This document shows, piece after piece, positions 1-14,500 of a stretch of 64,000 bases of DNA (positions are counted from its first letter, which is position 1; every line of letters begins with the position of its first letter). The DNA is from Diplonema japonicum. Taxonomy: Eukaryota; Protista; Euglenozoa: Diplonemea. The DNA lies in the NCBI GenBank assembly GCA_964019335.1, contig OZ025683.1, positions 496,001-560,000 of the forward strand, read 5' to 3'. The notes beneath the pieces were generated by a model. It ran no database searches, had not been told where the DNA came from, and saw only the letters and a list, made by a program, of their open reading frames with translations. The position numbers and the translations under genes are program-made.

Positions 1-171
1 GCCAAGCAAAAAATAAATGTTGTGGGCGTACCTCGAGTGCCATCTCTGCGCTTTAAGTTCATCCTCAAGAGCTTCTGCGAGGGGACCTACCCTTATCCTA
101 CACGTGCCATGTCCATGCTGCCCGATCCGCTGCAGGTCGTCACACTTTTGCATGGCGACCTCGTGCAGTAA
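1..171 (+). CDS. Probable 3' end of an upstream gene (partial, unknown product)
   Basis: Frame 1 is open from base 1 to TAA at 169-171 (AKQKINVVGVPRVPSLRFKF...HGDLVQ*), on the same strand as all other genes. Splicing onto the 240-505 frame cannot be excluded. Confidence 0.35.
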   Translation, partial: AKQKINVVGVPRVPSLRFKFILKSFCEGTYPYPTRAMSMLPDPLQVVTLLHGDLVQ

Positions 172-577
172 ATTTTGCCAGGTGGTGGGGATAACATGAA
201 AATATAAGAAAAACATCAGATGTGTTGTTCGCTGTTGACCTCCTCGGTCATCACCGGTAGCGCCCGAGTGGAAGAACATAATGCAGATGCTCAGGGTGAC
301 GACAACAGGCAGCAAACTGCACGAGCGCAGAATCTTGGTTACCCGGGACGCACCGGCTGGGGTTGAGCTGTACACCGCACGCATTAAAGACACGACGCGG
401 AACGCAGAAGAAGCTACAACTCGGCCGCGGCGCGCCCCCTGTAATCAAGTAGACAGTTCTTGTGCAGGGAGCCGCCAACACCGGCCTCCTTTAACTCATA
501 TATAAATTTTTGTTTTTTATGTATTTTGTCGTAATTTTTATTTTATAATTGCACCACACCCAGCACACAGCATCAAC

Positions 578-2425
578 ATGCAGAAGGAGAGCAACAACCC
601 CTTCACGCATATTTACGCAAGCACGCGGCTGGTGTGCGACAGGGGCGGTGCAACTCATGACACAAAACCGTTCTTCGAGTTGGGGTGTGGACACTGTCTA
701 TGTCAAAACTGTGTTCTTATATCAGGCAAGGAGTGCCCCTTATGTGGGTGGGTGTCACATGTGGCTGTGACCGGCATGTACAGTATGTACAGCCAGACTT
801 TAGCACCCCCCAAAGGCGTGGCAAATATCACCATGCCTGAACCTTGCAACACTTTGTTCAATGCCTTTGGTTTCTATTTGGGAGCGTCACTGGCGGTAGA
901 GATGGCTTTCCTCTTTCTTAATAGAGTGTTCTCAGAAGCAACAGCATCCCAGTGCGTTATCTCTGTTTTCAATAGCATAGGTGAAGCTGTCCCCGACCAA
1001 TTCGTCACCAATATTATAAAAGAAGTACACTGGAAGTCTCTCCAAGTGAAGAGCCACACATCCTTCCCCACAACCGCAGCCTTTCCTTTGGCTGGTTTCG
1101 AAGAGCAACTTGAGAAGATGCGCCACCATGCAATACCCCAAGCACTGGTTGTATCAAAACACGCCACACATCTTACCTTGCTCCTCGACAGCAGTAGGTA
1201 TCACGTGTTCGACCCTTATGGTTTGGACAGAAAGCGACTTCCTTACATAGCTACCTTCGACTGCCTTGATGGGCTGCTGGTGTTCCTCAAGCAGCGTCTG
1301 CGGAATGGGAGCGCCCCTGACTTCACAGACTGTCCTGATGTGTGCGAGATGCAAGTCCATGAAATAGTTGCGCTCACAACACCACAGGCAAGCACAGCGT
1401 TCAGGCAGCCCACAGCCAGCGCCACGGGCAGTATCGGTAGTATCACCGACTCTTACAGCTCCCGTTACACATCACAGCTGCCACCACAGCAACCTATCCT
1501 TGCGCAGCCCCCTCAGTCCCGGGTATTGCCGCACTCAAAACCCCAGCCAGCATCCCAGCCTCCTGCAGACGCACCACCCCTCATTATGTCTGCCATACAT
1601 CACCTGCGTGCTGTTGCTTCTGGTGCACCACTCTCAACTCATGCGCCAACAGAATTTCCGCAACCCTCCAGATCCACCACAGAGACTACTAGAGATTACA
1701 GCGTGTCAGAGAGGTTTGTGAACGCAGAGTTACCTGTGGAACGTGTCGAAGAGGCTGCATTGGGCCTTCCGGAGGCACCATGGCTGGGAGCAGAGGCGGA
1801 GAAGCTTCTTGGTGATTACAAAGGAATCTTGGAGAGTCTTTATGCACAACAAGCACAGGAGTGGCAGCAGCTTTACGGTTGGGAGAAGTGCGCGGCGAGC
1901 ACTCTGCGGTGCAATCAGTACCTTAAAACGCACAAACCCACACCAGCGAAGATACTCGGGACTTTCTTTAATCCTTCGAAGATGGGGTCGATGGTGGAGA
2001 ATGAGAAAATGGAAGTGACGCAGATGTTGGACTTCTCTGCATCCACCATCACGTCGCAGGACTCTCTGCCACCATCACCTGTGCACGTGCCATCCTATGT
2101 GCCCTCTTGGCGTGCACCTTCTGCAAGTGAAGCATACAGCCTCCGTTCCGAGTGCGTGCCCTCTGTCGTGCCGCCCTTTGTCCAATCGATTTGTGAGTCG
2201 CAGACATCGAGGCGTGCTCCAAGCGCATCCTCTGCATCGCACGCTGTCTCTCTTAGCAGTCTCCCCCCACCCCGCCCTGCGCTAATGAAGGAGCATGCCC
2301 TTTCTTTAGGGGAGAAGGAAGGCATAGACAGACACGCTGTCGATCAGGCTGAGATACAGTCGCGAAAGGCTCTCGTAGATTGGGAGGGCATCAAACGTTC
2401 CATAGCAATGTCACGTAGTAGATAA
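578..2425 (+). CDS. RING-finger-like protein with central globular domain and Pro/Ser/Gln-rich C-terminal half
   Basis: 615-aa ORF. LGCGHCLCQNC...ECPLC matches the C-x-H-x2-C-x2-C...C-P-x-C half of a C3HC4 RING, while the first Cys pair is degenerate (CDRG). Possible in-frame 33-nt intron at 783-815 (GTATG..AAAG). Confidence 0.7.
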   Translation: MQKESNNPFTHIYASTRLVCDRGGATHDTKPFFELGCGHCLCQNCVLISGKECPLCGWVSHVAVTGMYSMYSQTLAPPKGVANITMPEPCNTLFNAFGFYLGASLAVEMAFLFLNRVFSEATASQCVISVFNSIGEAVPDQFVTNIIKEVHWKSLQVKSHTSFPTTAAFPLAGFEEQLEKMRHHAIPQALVVSKHATHLTLLLDSSRYHVFDPYGLDRKRLPYIATFDCLDGLLVFLKQRLRNGSAPDFTDCPDVCEMQVHEIVALTTPQASTAFRQPTASATGSIGSITDSYSSRYTSQLPPQQPILAQPPQSRVLPHSKPQPASQPPADAPPLIMSAIHHLRAVASGAPLSTHAPTEFPQPSRSTTETTRDYSVSERFVNAELPVERVEEAALGLPEAPWLGAEAEKLLGDYKGILESLYAQQAQEWQQLYGWEKCAASTLRCNQYLKTHKPTPAKILGTFFNPSKMGSMVENEKMEVTQMLDFSASTITSQDSLPPSPVHVPSYVPSWRAPSASEAYSLRSECVPSVVPPFVQSICESQTSRRAPSASSASHAVSLSSLPPPRPALMKEHALSLGEKEGIDRHAVDQAEIQSRKALVDWEGIKRSIAMSRSR

Positions 2426-2546
2426 GTTCGTTCGTAGTATTAGATGCAGTTGTATAATGTTAAGCTGCCTGGTTTTTCTTCCTTATCGCACTTCATTACA
2501 GGGACCCAAGAGATAAATATAACGGAGGAGTAAACAAATAAATGTT

Positions 2547-5500
2547 ATGAAGCAGCGTTTTCTGTGTCTTCTGCTTCTGTGTGTGCGGTGCATCTATGGC
2601 GCACCAGCTGTATCTGCGAACATAAACGAGGGTGGGGTGGGCGGCGTGCGGTCTGTAGGTGGGGCTGTCATCACCGTCGCAGGCGCCGACTGGAACCCAG
2701 CAAGCTCGACGGCTGGCATTAACGTTGCGAATGCACTAAACACGATGACAGGCCAGTACACTGGGGCTTGCAGCCCGAGTCCTTGCCCTGTCCCCCCTGT
2801 CCCGACTAATTGGGCGTGTGCTTTCAAACTTCCCACAGCTTCTCTCCCTAGCCAGACTGTGTGCACTGTCCAGTCGGGCTTTTTCGATATTTTCGCAGAA
2901 GTCAGGTACACGTTGTCCCCGTGGGCCGACGATGGCGGCAACACATGGTCGACTACGACATTCAATATCTACCCCACCAAGGGCACTGCCTACCTTGCCC
3001 AGTCCTTTGCGTCTATGCCTCCCTTTCCCCCACAATCCCAGGTTATATCCGTTCCTGCCTCAGGCAGTTATGTAGGCGGCACTGTAACGGTCCCCTATCT
3101 TATATACACAGAAGAAGACATCCGCTCCGGCGATGTCATCGAGGTGGCTCTTGTCGGCGAGTCTTGGAACGATGGGACGTTCAAGGCAGCCATTACAGGG
3201 GCCGCTTGGCCTTCGGAGGTCACTTTTAACACGATCGTGAACCCCAGTACACCCATCAACCCCACAGGTTTCGAAGCACTGAAATCCGTTCTGTTCCCGC
3301 CAGGTTCATATACTTTCTCGCAACGATGGCAGTCCTTCAATGACATTCTGACGGCAACCTTGTCGCCCTCTGTCTACGATATCCCGCAGCATGAAGTCAT
3401 CACTCTCTCCGTAACTGATAAAGCTGTCACATCGAACCCTCCTGCGGGGGCGCCCGACACTAATACTCTGAGATTAGAGATCTGGCCCATAAATGGACAT
3501 ATCAACATCAGTGCTGCGTCATTCACTTTCACAGAGGACGAGGTTCGCAGCGGTGCTGTGGTGTTCGATTTGGTGACAACAAGCGACACGTGGGACGTGG
3601 CAGTGAACTGGGAGCTAGTGAGGAGTTCGATCAATTCTGACATCACACCCGCACAGGAGCCGAAGGGATGGCAAGCAAGGAGGGGTGTGGCCCTCCCTGA
3701 CCCTGCTAATATAGTGGTACAGTCACCCAACCGCCTTACTGTGCAGCTCTCGCCCGATCCGGTCTACGACATATCACTGCTAGAGACCTTGACCATCGAC
3801 CTCCCAGGGTGTCCCGAGTATAGGATGATACGTGTCTTGCCTGTAGGAACACTGTGCACACCTGACTACGTCATGCGATCACAGCTGAAGCCCATCACGT
3901 CTTCAATAGAGCTACGCATCGTGCCGTCGCCAGGCACGCTGATCGTGTCACCCGACTTCCTCACAGAGTGCGACGTGCGTGACGGGACAACCATCACCAT
4001 GACCCTCACGGACGAGTACTGGAACTTTGACAACGTGGCGGCTGCAAAGGCAAAAATCCTGGACTTGCTTGTGTCTGACGTTCCTACCACTGCTCGTCCT
4101 GTTGGCGAGCCTGCTGGCTTCAACGCTTTGAAGTCCTTCTTGACCTCTACTGCGAATATTGCTTTCGATGGCACCAACACGGTGGCAACGGTGCGTCTGG
4201 GCCCTTCGACAGCTTATGACTTGTCTCAGAATGAAACTTTGGACCTCGGCGACCGTATCATGAATGACGCAGGTGCAGGGATATTGTTCAGGTCGGGCTT
4301 GCATCCTGCCATATTAAACAATGCCTCTGTGACGATCCTTCCAGGGCCCTGCCATGATACTGTGGTCACAATGACATGCAGAAACTCAGGATCCTGTGGT
4401 GGGCCCTGTGCGTGTATTGAGTTCGATGAGGTCGATGTGCGGCAGGGTCAGGCGGCTATCACGCTGTCGTTGCCCTTCGGCGAAGAGTGGGCAGATAACA
4501 ATGCCCTGCAGAGCGATTTGTGGGGCATTGCATGGACATCTACTTCGACTTTGGACACTATGCCGCGAAATGGCGCGGCAACAGATAGGTCAGGAGGTGC
4601 TGCAGCTGTTGTTGACTCCTCCCTTCCTTGGGGCTTCCTTGCAAGGCTCAATGCTAGTATGGACGCTCCCGTTAACAGGCTACCGCGTCCGTTCGTGCAA
4701 TTAAACCGCTTGGACTCACAGCGCATCGTGCTTACTTTCAGTGACATGGACTATGACATCGGCACTGACGAGACGGTTACCTTGATGTTACCTTCCTCGT
4801 ACACAGTGTCAGGGGTATCCCCAAAACCTGTGTCGTTCACAATCAACTACGTCAGACCTACGGTTACGATGCTGCCCCCTGTGATAGAGGTCTACAACTG
4901 CGACATCCAGGGGCCTCGTCACAAATATAGCACCACGCCACGCGGCGATGGGTACTCGCTCGTGAGGACTGGTGTGCAGTGCGCGAGTACGTCGACGAAC
5001 CTGGGCAACACGGCATCGCTTGTGGAATGTGCTCAGAAGTGCCACGAGCTGGTGGCATGTCAGTATTTCATCTTTGGAACGGGCACCAACTTTGGCTCGT
5101 GTTTGCAAGAGAGCACCTCTGCCGAGACATGCCCTGAGGGCTTCGTGGTTGACAACTTCGACTTCTACGCGATGAGCCCTTCTATCACGATCGAGCTTTC
5201 TTTGGAGCCAGGCACCTGGGTGGTGACGGGTGACGACGTGCACCACATGTTCCAGCCGCGATACTCCGAGTTCTCATCACGCCTTGCGACCATTCTCCCT
5301 GAGGAGAACATGGTGTTCCCCTCTAACAATACTCTTTCGTTGCGTTTTAACGCAGATCCAACCCTCACTTTGCCTTATGGCAACGAACTCATCACTCTAA
5401 ACATCCACCAGTCGATGCTTGCCTGTGAATGCACTCCCGTGCCCGCTTTCTTCACCTTTGTGGTGAAACGCTGCCCTGGAGTTGTTTATGCTGAAGACTT

Positions 5501-8500
5501 CTCGTTTACAGAGGCTGACATATGGGACGGCAGTGCAGTACTGAGCATGAGGATCGAAGGAGACATCTGGAATGCCACTGTGGGCTGGGATTTCAAGGAC
5601 TGGTTCTATCCATCGGGGATCCCAAGGCCTACATGGGACAACAGCCTTGATTGCGTGTTCAAGACGCTGCCCACTGTTGCCAGCGACGTGTTGTCGATCC
5701 CCTTAGGTCCGTGTCCAACCTTCGACATCAACACTGATGATTTCGGGAATTTGGGTGTGTTCGCACTGATGGATAATGCAACGGCTTTCTTCAGCGTTAA
5801 TGGTGATCTTACCTTGTCGGGGGTGCCCCCTGTAGGGGGAAATGAAGCAGGCTTCCGTGCAACCTCGCCTGAAGGACGCGTCTACTTCAACTTGTCGTCA
5901 TCCCAGGGTACAGTACGTGTCACGCCACTGACACCGTTCTTCGAGGACGATGTTCGTGCGGGTCTCTACTCCATCACACTCACACTGGACCCTGGGGAGA
6001 CATTTGCCAACCCATACGGTATCAACCTCCGAAACTATATCAGACTCCGCACACGGAATAAAGACCCGCAGCCCAACGGGCAGGGCTGGGAGTTCCTATC
6101 TTCGGTACTGATCGACACAGTGGTTATCGACCCCTCTGACCCACATAAGATGCACATTACCTGGAAGGCGAACAGCAATTACAACATCCATCAAGCGGAG
6201 TACTTGTGCATTGATATTAACGACCAAATCACTGCGTCGGGGTTGCAGCCCAAAGCAGAAGACGGCAGCTACTGTGTGTCGCCGCCACCTGTCCTGCCCA
6301 GGTCAGGGTGTGTCACAATGGAACCTTATCCATACACTGTTTCGGAAGAGGAGATACGGACACGTGGGGTTGAGTTTGTTCTCGTGCTGGACAACAACGA
6401 GGTGTGGGTGCCTACGGGGCTAGATGTGCTGATCGACAACATGACAGTGGCAGGCTTGACGAACAATGTGCTTGGCTGGGAGGGAAGGAAAGCGAGTTAT
6501 TCTGCGATAGCCTTTTCACTAGACACGACGCAGACAAGGCTGACAGTCAGGATGCCCGGCGATGTGAATGGGAATGCGATCGGTGACACGCTGTTCGACA
6601 TCGTGGAGTCCGAAGTGGTGGAGATCACCGTACCCGAGACTATTGTGGGCTCAAGGAAACCCCCTTGCGTTAAAACACCTCAAGGAGGTCCCCTGTGGTT
6701 CAACATTACGGCCATCGAAGGGTCCGTGCACATGGTGGAGACCACATTCACGGAAAGTGAGATCCGCACCTCAGGCGGAAGCGTTGTGATTACCATTGTA
6801 GGCGACACGTGGGCCAGCCCTTGGACATTGACTGAGAAGGAGGTTCTCCGCTCTAATCTTCTGACAGTTTGTTCATACACCACAGATCCGAACGACTGGG
6901 GCAGACTGGGAAGACCATACAGTTCATCCACACCCAGATGCAACTACCTTTACGGCTTCGAACGGTATAGGGACGATGTGTACGAGCCCCTCATTAATAT
7001 GACGTTGTTGCAGTACAACAATGACAAGCTGGAGATCGTTATCAACCCTACACCCGGGTACGACATCCCTGAGGACGAGGTCATCGTGATTGACTTGCCT
7101 GCTGCCATCACTTCCACGGGAAACACGCCGGCTAACTGGGACAAGCTGTGGTTCACCATCAAGGCGTCGAAGTCGATGCTCGCCAACACAGGTGGTGTCA
7201 TTACTCCTGGCATAACTGACCAACAAATCCGAGACGGCACAGCACCTGCTGTGAGGGTGAATCTCGTGTACGAGACATGGGACATCACGGAGAGCACAAG
7301 GTTCAAAGCAGGATTCTGCGGTACGGGTGGTGATTGCAACGACGTGAGCAACCCATTGGGCTTCAATGCACTGAAAGACGAGCTGTTCCCAGTGACGGTG
7401 GCTTACGAAAACGAGTTGGGCCAGGCATGTCCTCCGAACTGTCCTGCCACTGTTGCCGTATTCAGATTCAACGCAGTGCCGAGTTTTGATGTGTGCACTG
7501 GCTGGGATGAGGAAGTCATGGTCGCCTTGGACCCTCTCAGCGTTGCGTCGCACCCACGCACGCAACCCACCCCGTGGGGCATCAACTCCCCAGATGTGCT
7601 GGGTTTCAACATTACCGGCGGAAATGGTCCTGGCTTGAGTATAAAGGTTGAGAGGAACCTGATCCCCTTTGGGGGGCCGTATCTTATCGATGAAGAGCTC
7701 ATCAGGACTGGGGGGTTGAGCGTCACGCTATCCGTGAGCGACGGGTCTTGGGAAGTAGCAAACCCGAACTTCATCGACATGCTGCGCAACTCTGTGCTGT
7801 CGACGCTACCCAGCACAGAAGTCTTCTCACACGCTGGGCCTCTCCTTACAGAGCTGATGCCGGACAGTATTGATGAATTGTTCTTCTACTCAGACACCAG
7901 CGTCCCGAACAGGCACATGGTTTTCAACATCAGCAGCCCGAAGTACGACATTCCCTCATCCACACCGAAGAAGTGTTTCACCACTTCTTGTCCTTGGCTA
8001 GTCCCCACCACTACTGTTAATGTGTTCGAATGCGGCGACACAACAGAGTGCAACGGCATCACCAGTTCCACTGGAATGGGTTGTTGCGTAGGGCGGCAGG
8101 GAATCAGGCGCTGTCCTCTGAACTGGCCCTATATGTGCAACGATCAGTCGTGTTTTGGAGGATACTGCTGTGTGGACAGGCCTGATGCCTGTCTCACTCT
8201 TGGGGGACTGCGATCATGTGGGTCTCCAAACTGTGTGCTGGACGAGACAATCAGGTTCAACGTGGCTCCCGAAATGACGACTTGCAGGTTGATACCGCCC
8301 ACCGACCTTGAAGTGCGCATTGAAGGTGCTGACTGGGTGAACGCAAACTGGAGTACACCCGAGACAACCTTTGAAGCTACGAACTACTCCACCTACGTTG
8401 GTGAGCCTGTCACGATTCTGATCGAAGGCACCGAGCTCCACTCCCTCAATGACACGGCTGCTATCTCCTATACCCCCGGTTGCAAGCCTGGTGATCCGAT

Positions 8501-11500
8501 ATATGGCAACAATCTTACCCTGAAGGCTGTTACACTTCCCAACCGTGTGAGCCAAAACATGCGCCCAGAAGGCCCTGGCCTTGTTGCTGTCACCTTCTCT
8601 CCTCAAACACACGTGCCTGGTATTTACGATGTGTGCTACAAGGATTTCAGAGATGTTGAATTCGAGCGCATCCCCATCCTGGGCGCGGGGTCGACAGTGT
8701 ACCCGGTGCTGACAGTGATTGGGAAGGCCTTCTCACTCCAGGGCGAGTTTGGTGGTGATGCTTTTAATGTCACTACTGACGTGAAAACCAGACTGGAGCT
8801 GTATGGAAAAGGCTTTTGTGCAGGTGATAGCATCGTGACAAATGGTGCTGGGCGTCAGTCCTATGGGCACAACGGTGTGGGGTGCGATTCCGTGAAGATC
8901 ATGATAGGTGATGTTGATTGCAACCCAGGCTACCCTCAAGTGGACGACCTGAGTGGTAGGTTTGCTGCTCCCGTAGCGCTGGAGCCAAGAGTTGGGGACG
9001 TAGGAGGGTTCCCTCGTTCGCACGGCACTGTGGACTTTCTGTTGAACACTGCCGGGACATACACTGTGTGCTACTTGTCAAGATGGGCGATATACTGGCA
9101 GTCAGTAGGCACCTTCAACGTGTCTGCAGTCATCAACCGTTGGGATGCATGTGACCCTAGTACCTATGACGTGACGCTTTACCACAAGAGCATGAGAGAC
9201 TCCTTCTTGAGCCCTTCGTCTAACATGCAGCCGCCTTGTGAAATATCTTACACAGCGTTATCTGGCAAAGCCCAGCGCATTTTCTTTCAAGGTAAAGGGT
9301 TGACAAGCACGGGTGACCAGCTAGGGAAACGGTCACGGTACAGGCTGTATCAGCTGCTTGGGAATGGAGAATGTAGGCCCACAGATCCTACCTTCGGGCA
9401 GGTTACATGTCAGCCTCTCGTGTTCATGACTCTGTGGGATTGCCAGAAGCTGTGTGACACATCAGCTTATTGCGACGGTGTGCAGCATAACACTGGAACA
9501 GGCGAGTGCGTGCTGCAATTGATGAGCGATAGCTATCAGCTGCCCAACATGAACTGTGTTCCTGGCATTCATCAGAACTTGGGCGCAACGAGGGTTCGTG
9601 GCTCCCTCCGAATCGCATCAGGACCAGCGGGCACACGGTGCTTCAACAGAACTGATAACATGGACCCCACCGATGTCGGCGACAGGGCCAAGGTCATACG
9701 CCACGGCGACTCCTGCCAGTACTCAGACAGCCCAGGACCTGGAACCCTGAGTCCTAGCACCCCCGCGATACAATATGTAGACGGTGATCCGTACGGGGCG
9801 GACTGGGACACCACAGCTGACACGTGCACGTGGCATTCGAGTGCCACCCGTTGCTACACTAGAGACACCAACGTGATATGGACATTCTACAACTACGGAC
9901 GATACACGCTGTGCTACCAATTCTTTGGCACCGATGAGTGGATTCAAGTGCCCGAGACGCATCTTGTTGTCAATGCAGAGATAACAATGATATCACCTAC
10001 GAGACTTGTCGCCTCACAGATACCGCCTGTCGTGTGGTATATTGGTCGGGGCATCGCCTACGACATAGTAGAGGCCAGGATGCGTGAATGGCCTGCTACA
10101 TGCGACTCACCGATGCAGCACCCTGGTGTCCAGGGGTATGGATGGGAGGAGGACACAGTGTTACAGCCCGGCGAGTTCGTCGTGTCACCCGGCCAGTTCG
10201 AAGCAATAGCGCAGACGAACTGGAGCTTCGAGGCTGTTGGCAGCAATAGTGGTGGTCCGCCAACCGCAGTACTGCCACATTGGTGGTCTATGACTGGGTT
10301 CTACCTCTTCTGCTATCGCATTCCTGGGCTTACGGGGTGGCTGCCCATTGACTATTTGCAAGTAGTACCAGAGGCGACAGGCGTTGTACCCGGTGGCTTG
10401 GAAGCATCCCCACACCCACAACAAGTATCTATTTTAGGTGCAGGTCTTGACTCACGCATAGGGATGGATTCTATTAAATTTGTGCCTGCTGTTTTGGGCA
10501 CTTGCGTTGTGCACGAGGATACTTCAGACATCTTCGTAAGCCCACGCATTGAGCCTAGGCTGACAGGGATAGGCTCCACAGGCGATGGTCTGCGTGGCTT
10601 GACGGTCATAACAGCGACTGGACAGACGTTTGCGACACCTGGGCTGTATAGAGTGTGCTACGCTTGGCAAAACGAAACAGATTTAGCGCAGCCAAGGCAA
10701 TGCAGCGCGTACAGTCGTTGCGGTGCCTTTGTGGGAAATTGTTGCCCAACAGACAACGGTGTGTGGCGGGACTGCTGCAACAGAGTCGAGCCGTATGACT
10801 ACACAGAGCTCACAGTAGGTGCCCCGTGCACACCGACAGCCACGTACCCCCCGTCATGGCCGCCGTGGTACGTCAACAGGATCTCACAGTGCATGCTTTC
10901 TGCTGATGTCCCCAGACGAGGGCTTCCCTGGCTTAATGAGCCGGAACCTCCGTGTCCTGATTTCTTCTGCGGTCTGCTTTCCATCATGCCACTTGTCGGC
11001 GGGATGATCGTCGAGGAGCACGGGACAGTGAGTAACCCGCCGGTCCTCGAGGTGGGCATTACTTACAATATCCGCTTCGATGGGCAAGGCTTCAGCGAGG
11101 ACGACGCTCTGTACATTGTAAGCGGCTTCCAAAGCGACTGCGACGCCGTGGACCCCCTCACGACGACCACAGCATCTATGAAGGCGTACCCCAACACACC
11201 GGGTACCCCTTGGAACGGTGTGAAGAAAGGCCTTCCGCGAGGTTTGTGGACTGCTAATTTCCCAGATACAGGTGACTTCACTGTGTGTCTGTCCTTCCAG
11301 TTCTACCCAGGGCTGTACATCCCTGCAGGGAACATCACTGTGCGGAATACAATTGCAGAGATGAAATGGGAGGTTGATGTATCGCAGAACTTACAGGTGC
11401 ACTTCAATGGGGGTGGTCTGTCACCTTCACAAGACCGTGCTATGATTATTCCAGCAGCATACACACAGTGCAACGGGACAGGGCAGTTTGTCACTAACGC

Positions 11501-14500
11501 GCTGACGGGGTCCTCGGTCATCACCACGTGGGGGGTGAGCGCGCCACTGGCTAATGGCATTTATCACACTTGCTACCTGCTTGCCGGGACAGACACCTGG
11601 GTTCGACTCGCAGGCACCATTGAGGTTCCTTTCGGGAACGTGCAGCCCGCTTTCGACATCATACAAACTGAATCTATCTTCGGGCCACCTGACAACTTGC
11701 ACCTCTACGGCCCTCGCGGCACTGGGCTCAACTACTCTAGCCCTTTTGCTGTTGGGATCACAACAGCTAAGGATGGACTTAGCTGGCTGCCTAGAGAGAA
11801 GAACCAAACACTGCAGTTTAAGATCATCAGTGAAACGTACAACAAGGGCGACAGCAGCCTCTTTGATTCGAAGTGTATTGCTTTCCACAGCCACTGTTTT
11901 GTCACACCCCTTAACGGGAACGAGACATTGTGCACACAGCAGCCTGAGTGCGAGTGGGTGAACTCACAGTGCAGTGCAAAGACAACTAGCTTGTGCAAGC
12001 AGAAGCGCAGTTCGAACTCGTGCACCCGGGCAGGTTGCCTGTGGTCAAAAGGACAGCAACCCACATTTGACACCGAAAGAGGGTACTTGAGCTTCCAGAT
12101 CGGGGACGCAGAACAGACGGGGAGTGTGACATTGGAGGTGGCACTTGTGGACACCGGTGGTACAGAGAACGGTGGTAACAACGTAAGCGAGTCTCGCTTA
12201 GTGAGTATCACGATCACATCTGGACCTGAGTTCACGGCCGTTACGCCCACAGTGTCCTTGAATGAGGACGAGCCACAGTTCGACGTGGCAATCATCGCGT
12301 GGTCTGTATCCCGCATCCAAGGCAGGGAGTACAGCTTCAACATCATATGGGACGACCCAACAGCCTCCTCCTTCTTCGCACAGTTCACGATGAAGGACAG
12401 TGGAACACTTGACGCAGTCCCCGCACCCGACCGCTACATCCTCTTTCCGGGCATGGACTTTACGGTTCAGCTTTGGGATCTCACGGTAGGGGCGTCCTTC
12501 CAGCTGCGCTTCAGTGTCGTGATAGCACCCGTCAACGACCCTCCTTACTTCGAAATCATGCCCAGCTTCCTTGCGGAACCTATCTACTGGCGGCAGGGCA
12601 GGACGGATCCCTTCACACAGAAAGTTATTATCATACCCCCCTCGACGGAGCTGTGCAGAACACTGGAGGGTATGATGTGCATAAGGACCTACGTGGCAAT
12701 GGGATGCAAAGGCGTGCTGCCCTCCAATCTCCCATACTCGTGCACCCCTTACCAGGCATGTATCAGCAGCAAGTGCACAGGAGTGCTGTCATCACCAGTC
12801 CAAAGTCAGCAGTGTATCACGCCAGAAACGCAGCAGTGTGCTGTGGAGAGTGTGAAAAACAGCTGCTTGGATGACATCAATTGCAAGGGATGCCAGTCAC
12901 TAGCCTGTCAGTCTGCGCCGAATAGCTCGTTCACACTTGGTCGCGGGGAAGACTTCCAGGCACTACGTGCGTTCAGTGCCACCCCGATCCCTTCTGGCAC
13001 TGTGAACTTCTTGTCACCGCCCGCTGTGGACATCGACGGGGTGCTGTCCTTCGCCCTGCAGCCATCGTCTGTTGGCACTTTTCAGATCAGTCTGTCAGTA
13101 ACTGACAATGGTGGTAATGCCTCTGGTGGGAACGACACCTTTTCATCTCCCGATTTGATCACTGTGAAGACATTCTTCTTGCCGCAGCTGCAAGTGACCC
13201 CTGAGACTGGCGGTATTGCATTGGAAACAGCTTTCCGCATGGAGGCTGTGGGCGAAGAGAGTGCAACCAACTGGAAGTACACATTCACTACCCTGCCGGG
13301 CATACAAGACTTGCCTGTTGACCTGAGCAAGGGGAAACCCATCTCGCACTCCATCCACGGACCGCACACAGAGAAGATGATCATCACATCGAACCTCCCT
13401 GCCGGTGACCACACAGTCGTCTTGCATATCTACGATGGTGATACGTTAGTAGACATTGCACAGAAGTTCATTAGTGTCAACAACCCATCGTCAGTGCGGC
13501 TGGCCGAAGCTTTGCAAAGGGGATTGACACTGGCAAGCAACAAGACTCAGTCTGAGGAAGTCGTGCCTCTTCTTGCAGCGATCGGTGCTTCTGTGTCCTC
13601 AATGCCCGAGGCACAGACGCAAGGTACTTCCAAAGCACTCGTGACTGCCATTAGGGATGCTGTCGGAAACTTGCAGTCGCCCTCAGGTGTGATTCACAGC
13701 AATGCCATCATCACCTCTCTATCTTCTCTGCACTCTGCCATGGTGACCACGGTGGACTCGAGTACATTGTTGATAGCCAGCGATGCGTATGACAACATTA
13801 AGGTTAAGGCTACCGGGGATGGCATTGTAAAAGGGCACGTCACCCTGAAAGGGATATCTCTTGTGGGGCTTAGCGATGCAGCAAAAGCATCTTTGGAGTC
13901 CAGCATGTTGCGAGATCTGGCGGCCAGTTACACCGTGTCAGAAGACTGGATGGCAGTACAGCTGACGCAGACTGGAGACGCAGTAGTCGCGAATTACACT
14001 GTTGCGGCCTCGACATTAGGTACGGAGACCGTCCAGGCCATCCTTAACGCGCACAACGACCAGATGATTAAGACAACAACAGTGGAGGCGACGTACAAGG
14101 CGCTGCGGCAAGGCACACCGACCGTGTGGTACGAAGCATCGTCAAGTGCCGTGTCGGCACGGGGGACATTGGTCTTGAACGGTCTGGACATCGACACCCT
14201 GACGCAAGTGAAGGACACCCTCTTACGAGACCAACTTGACGCAGACCTCGCGGATAGCTTCGGAACAACAATTGACAAGGTGCACCTCAGCCTCGCAAAG
14301 CTTCCCACAGGAGAAAGCGCTGTGAAATTCACTGTCGATACCAACAGCAACCCTTCGGTTGCAAATGTCATAAAGTGCGCTATGATACCAGCTTGTGTCG
14401 CTAACTCTGTTTCTCTTGTGCGTGCACCTTACACAGCGAACCTGTCAAGGTCCACATATGCCTTCGATGCTTCAGGCACACTGGCACTGCCAGACCTCGA

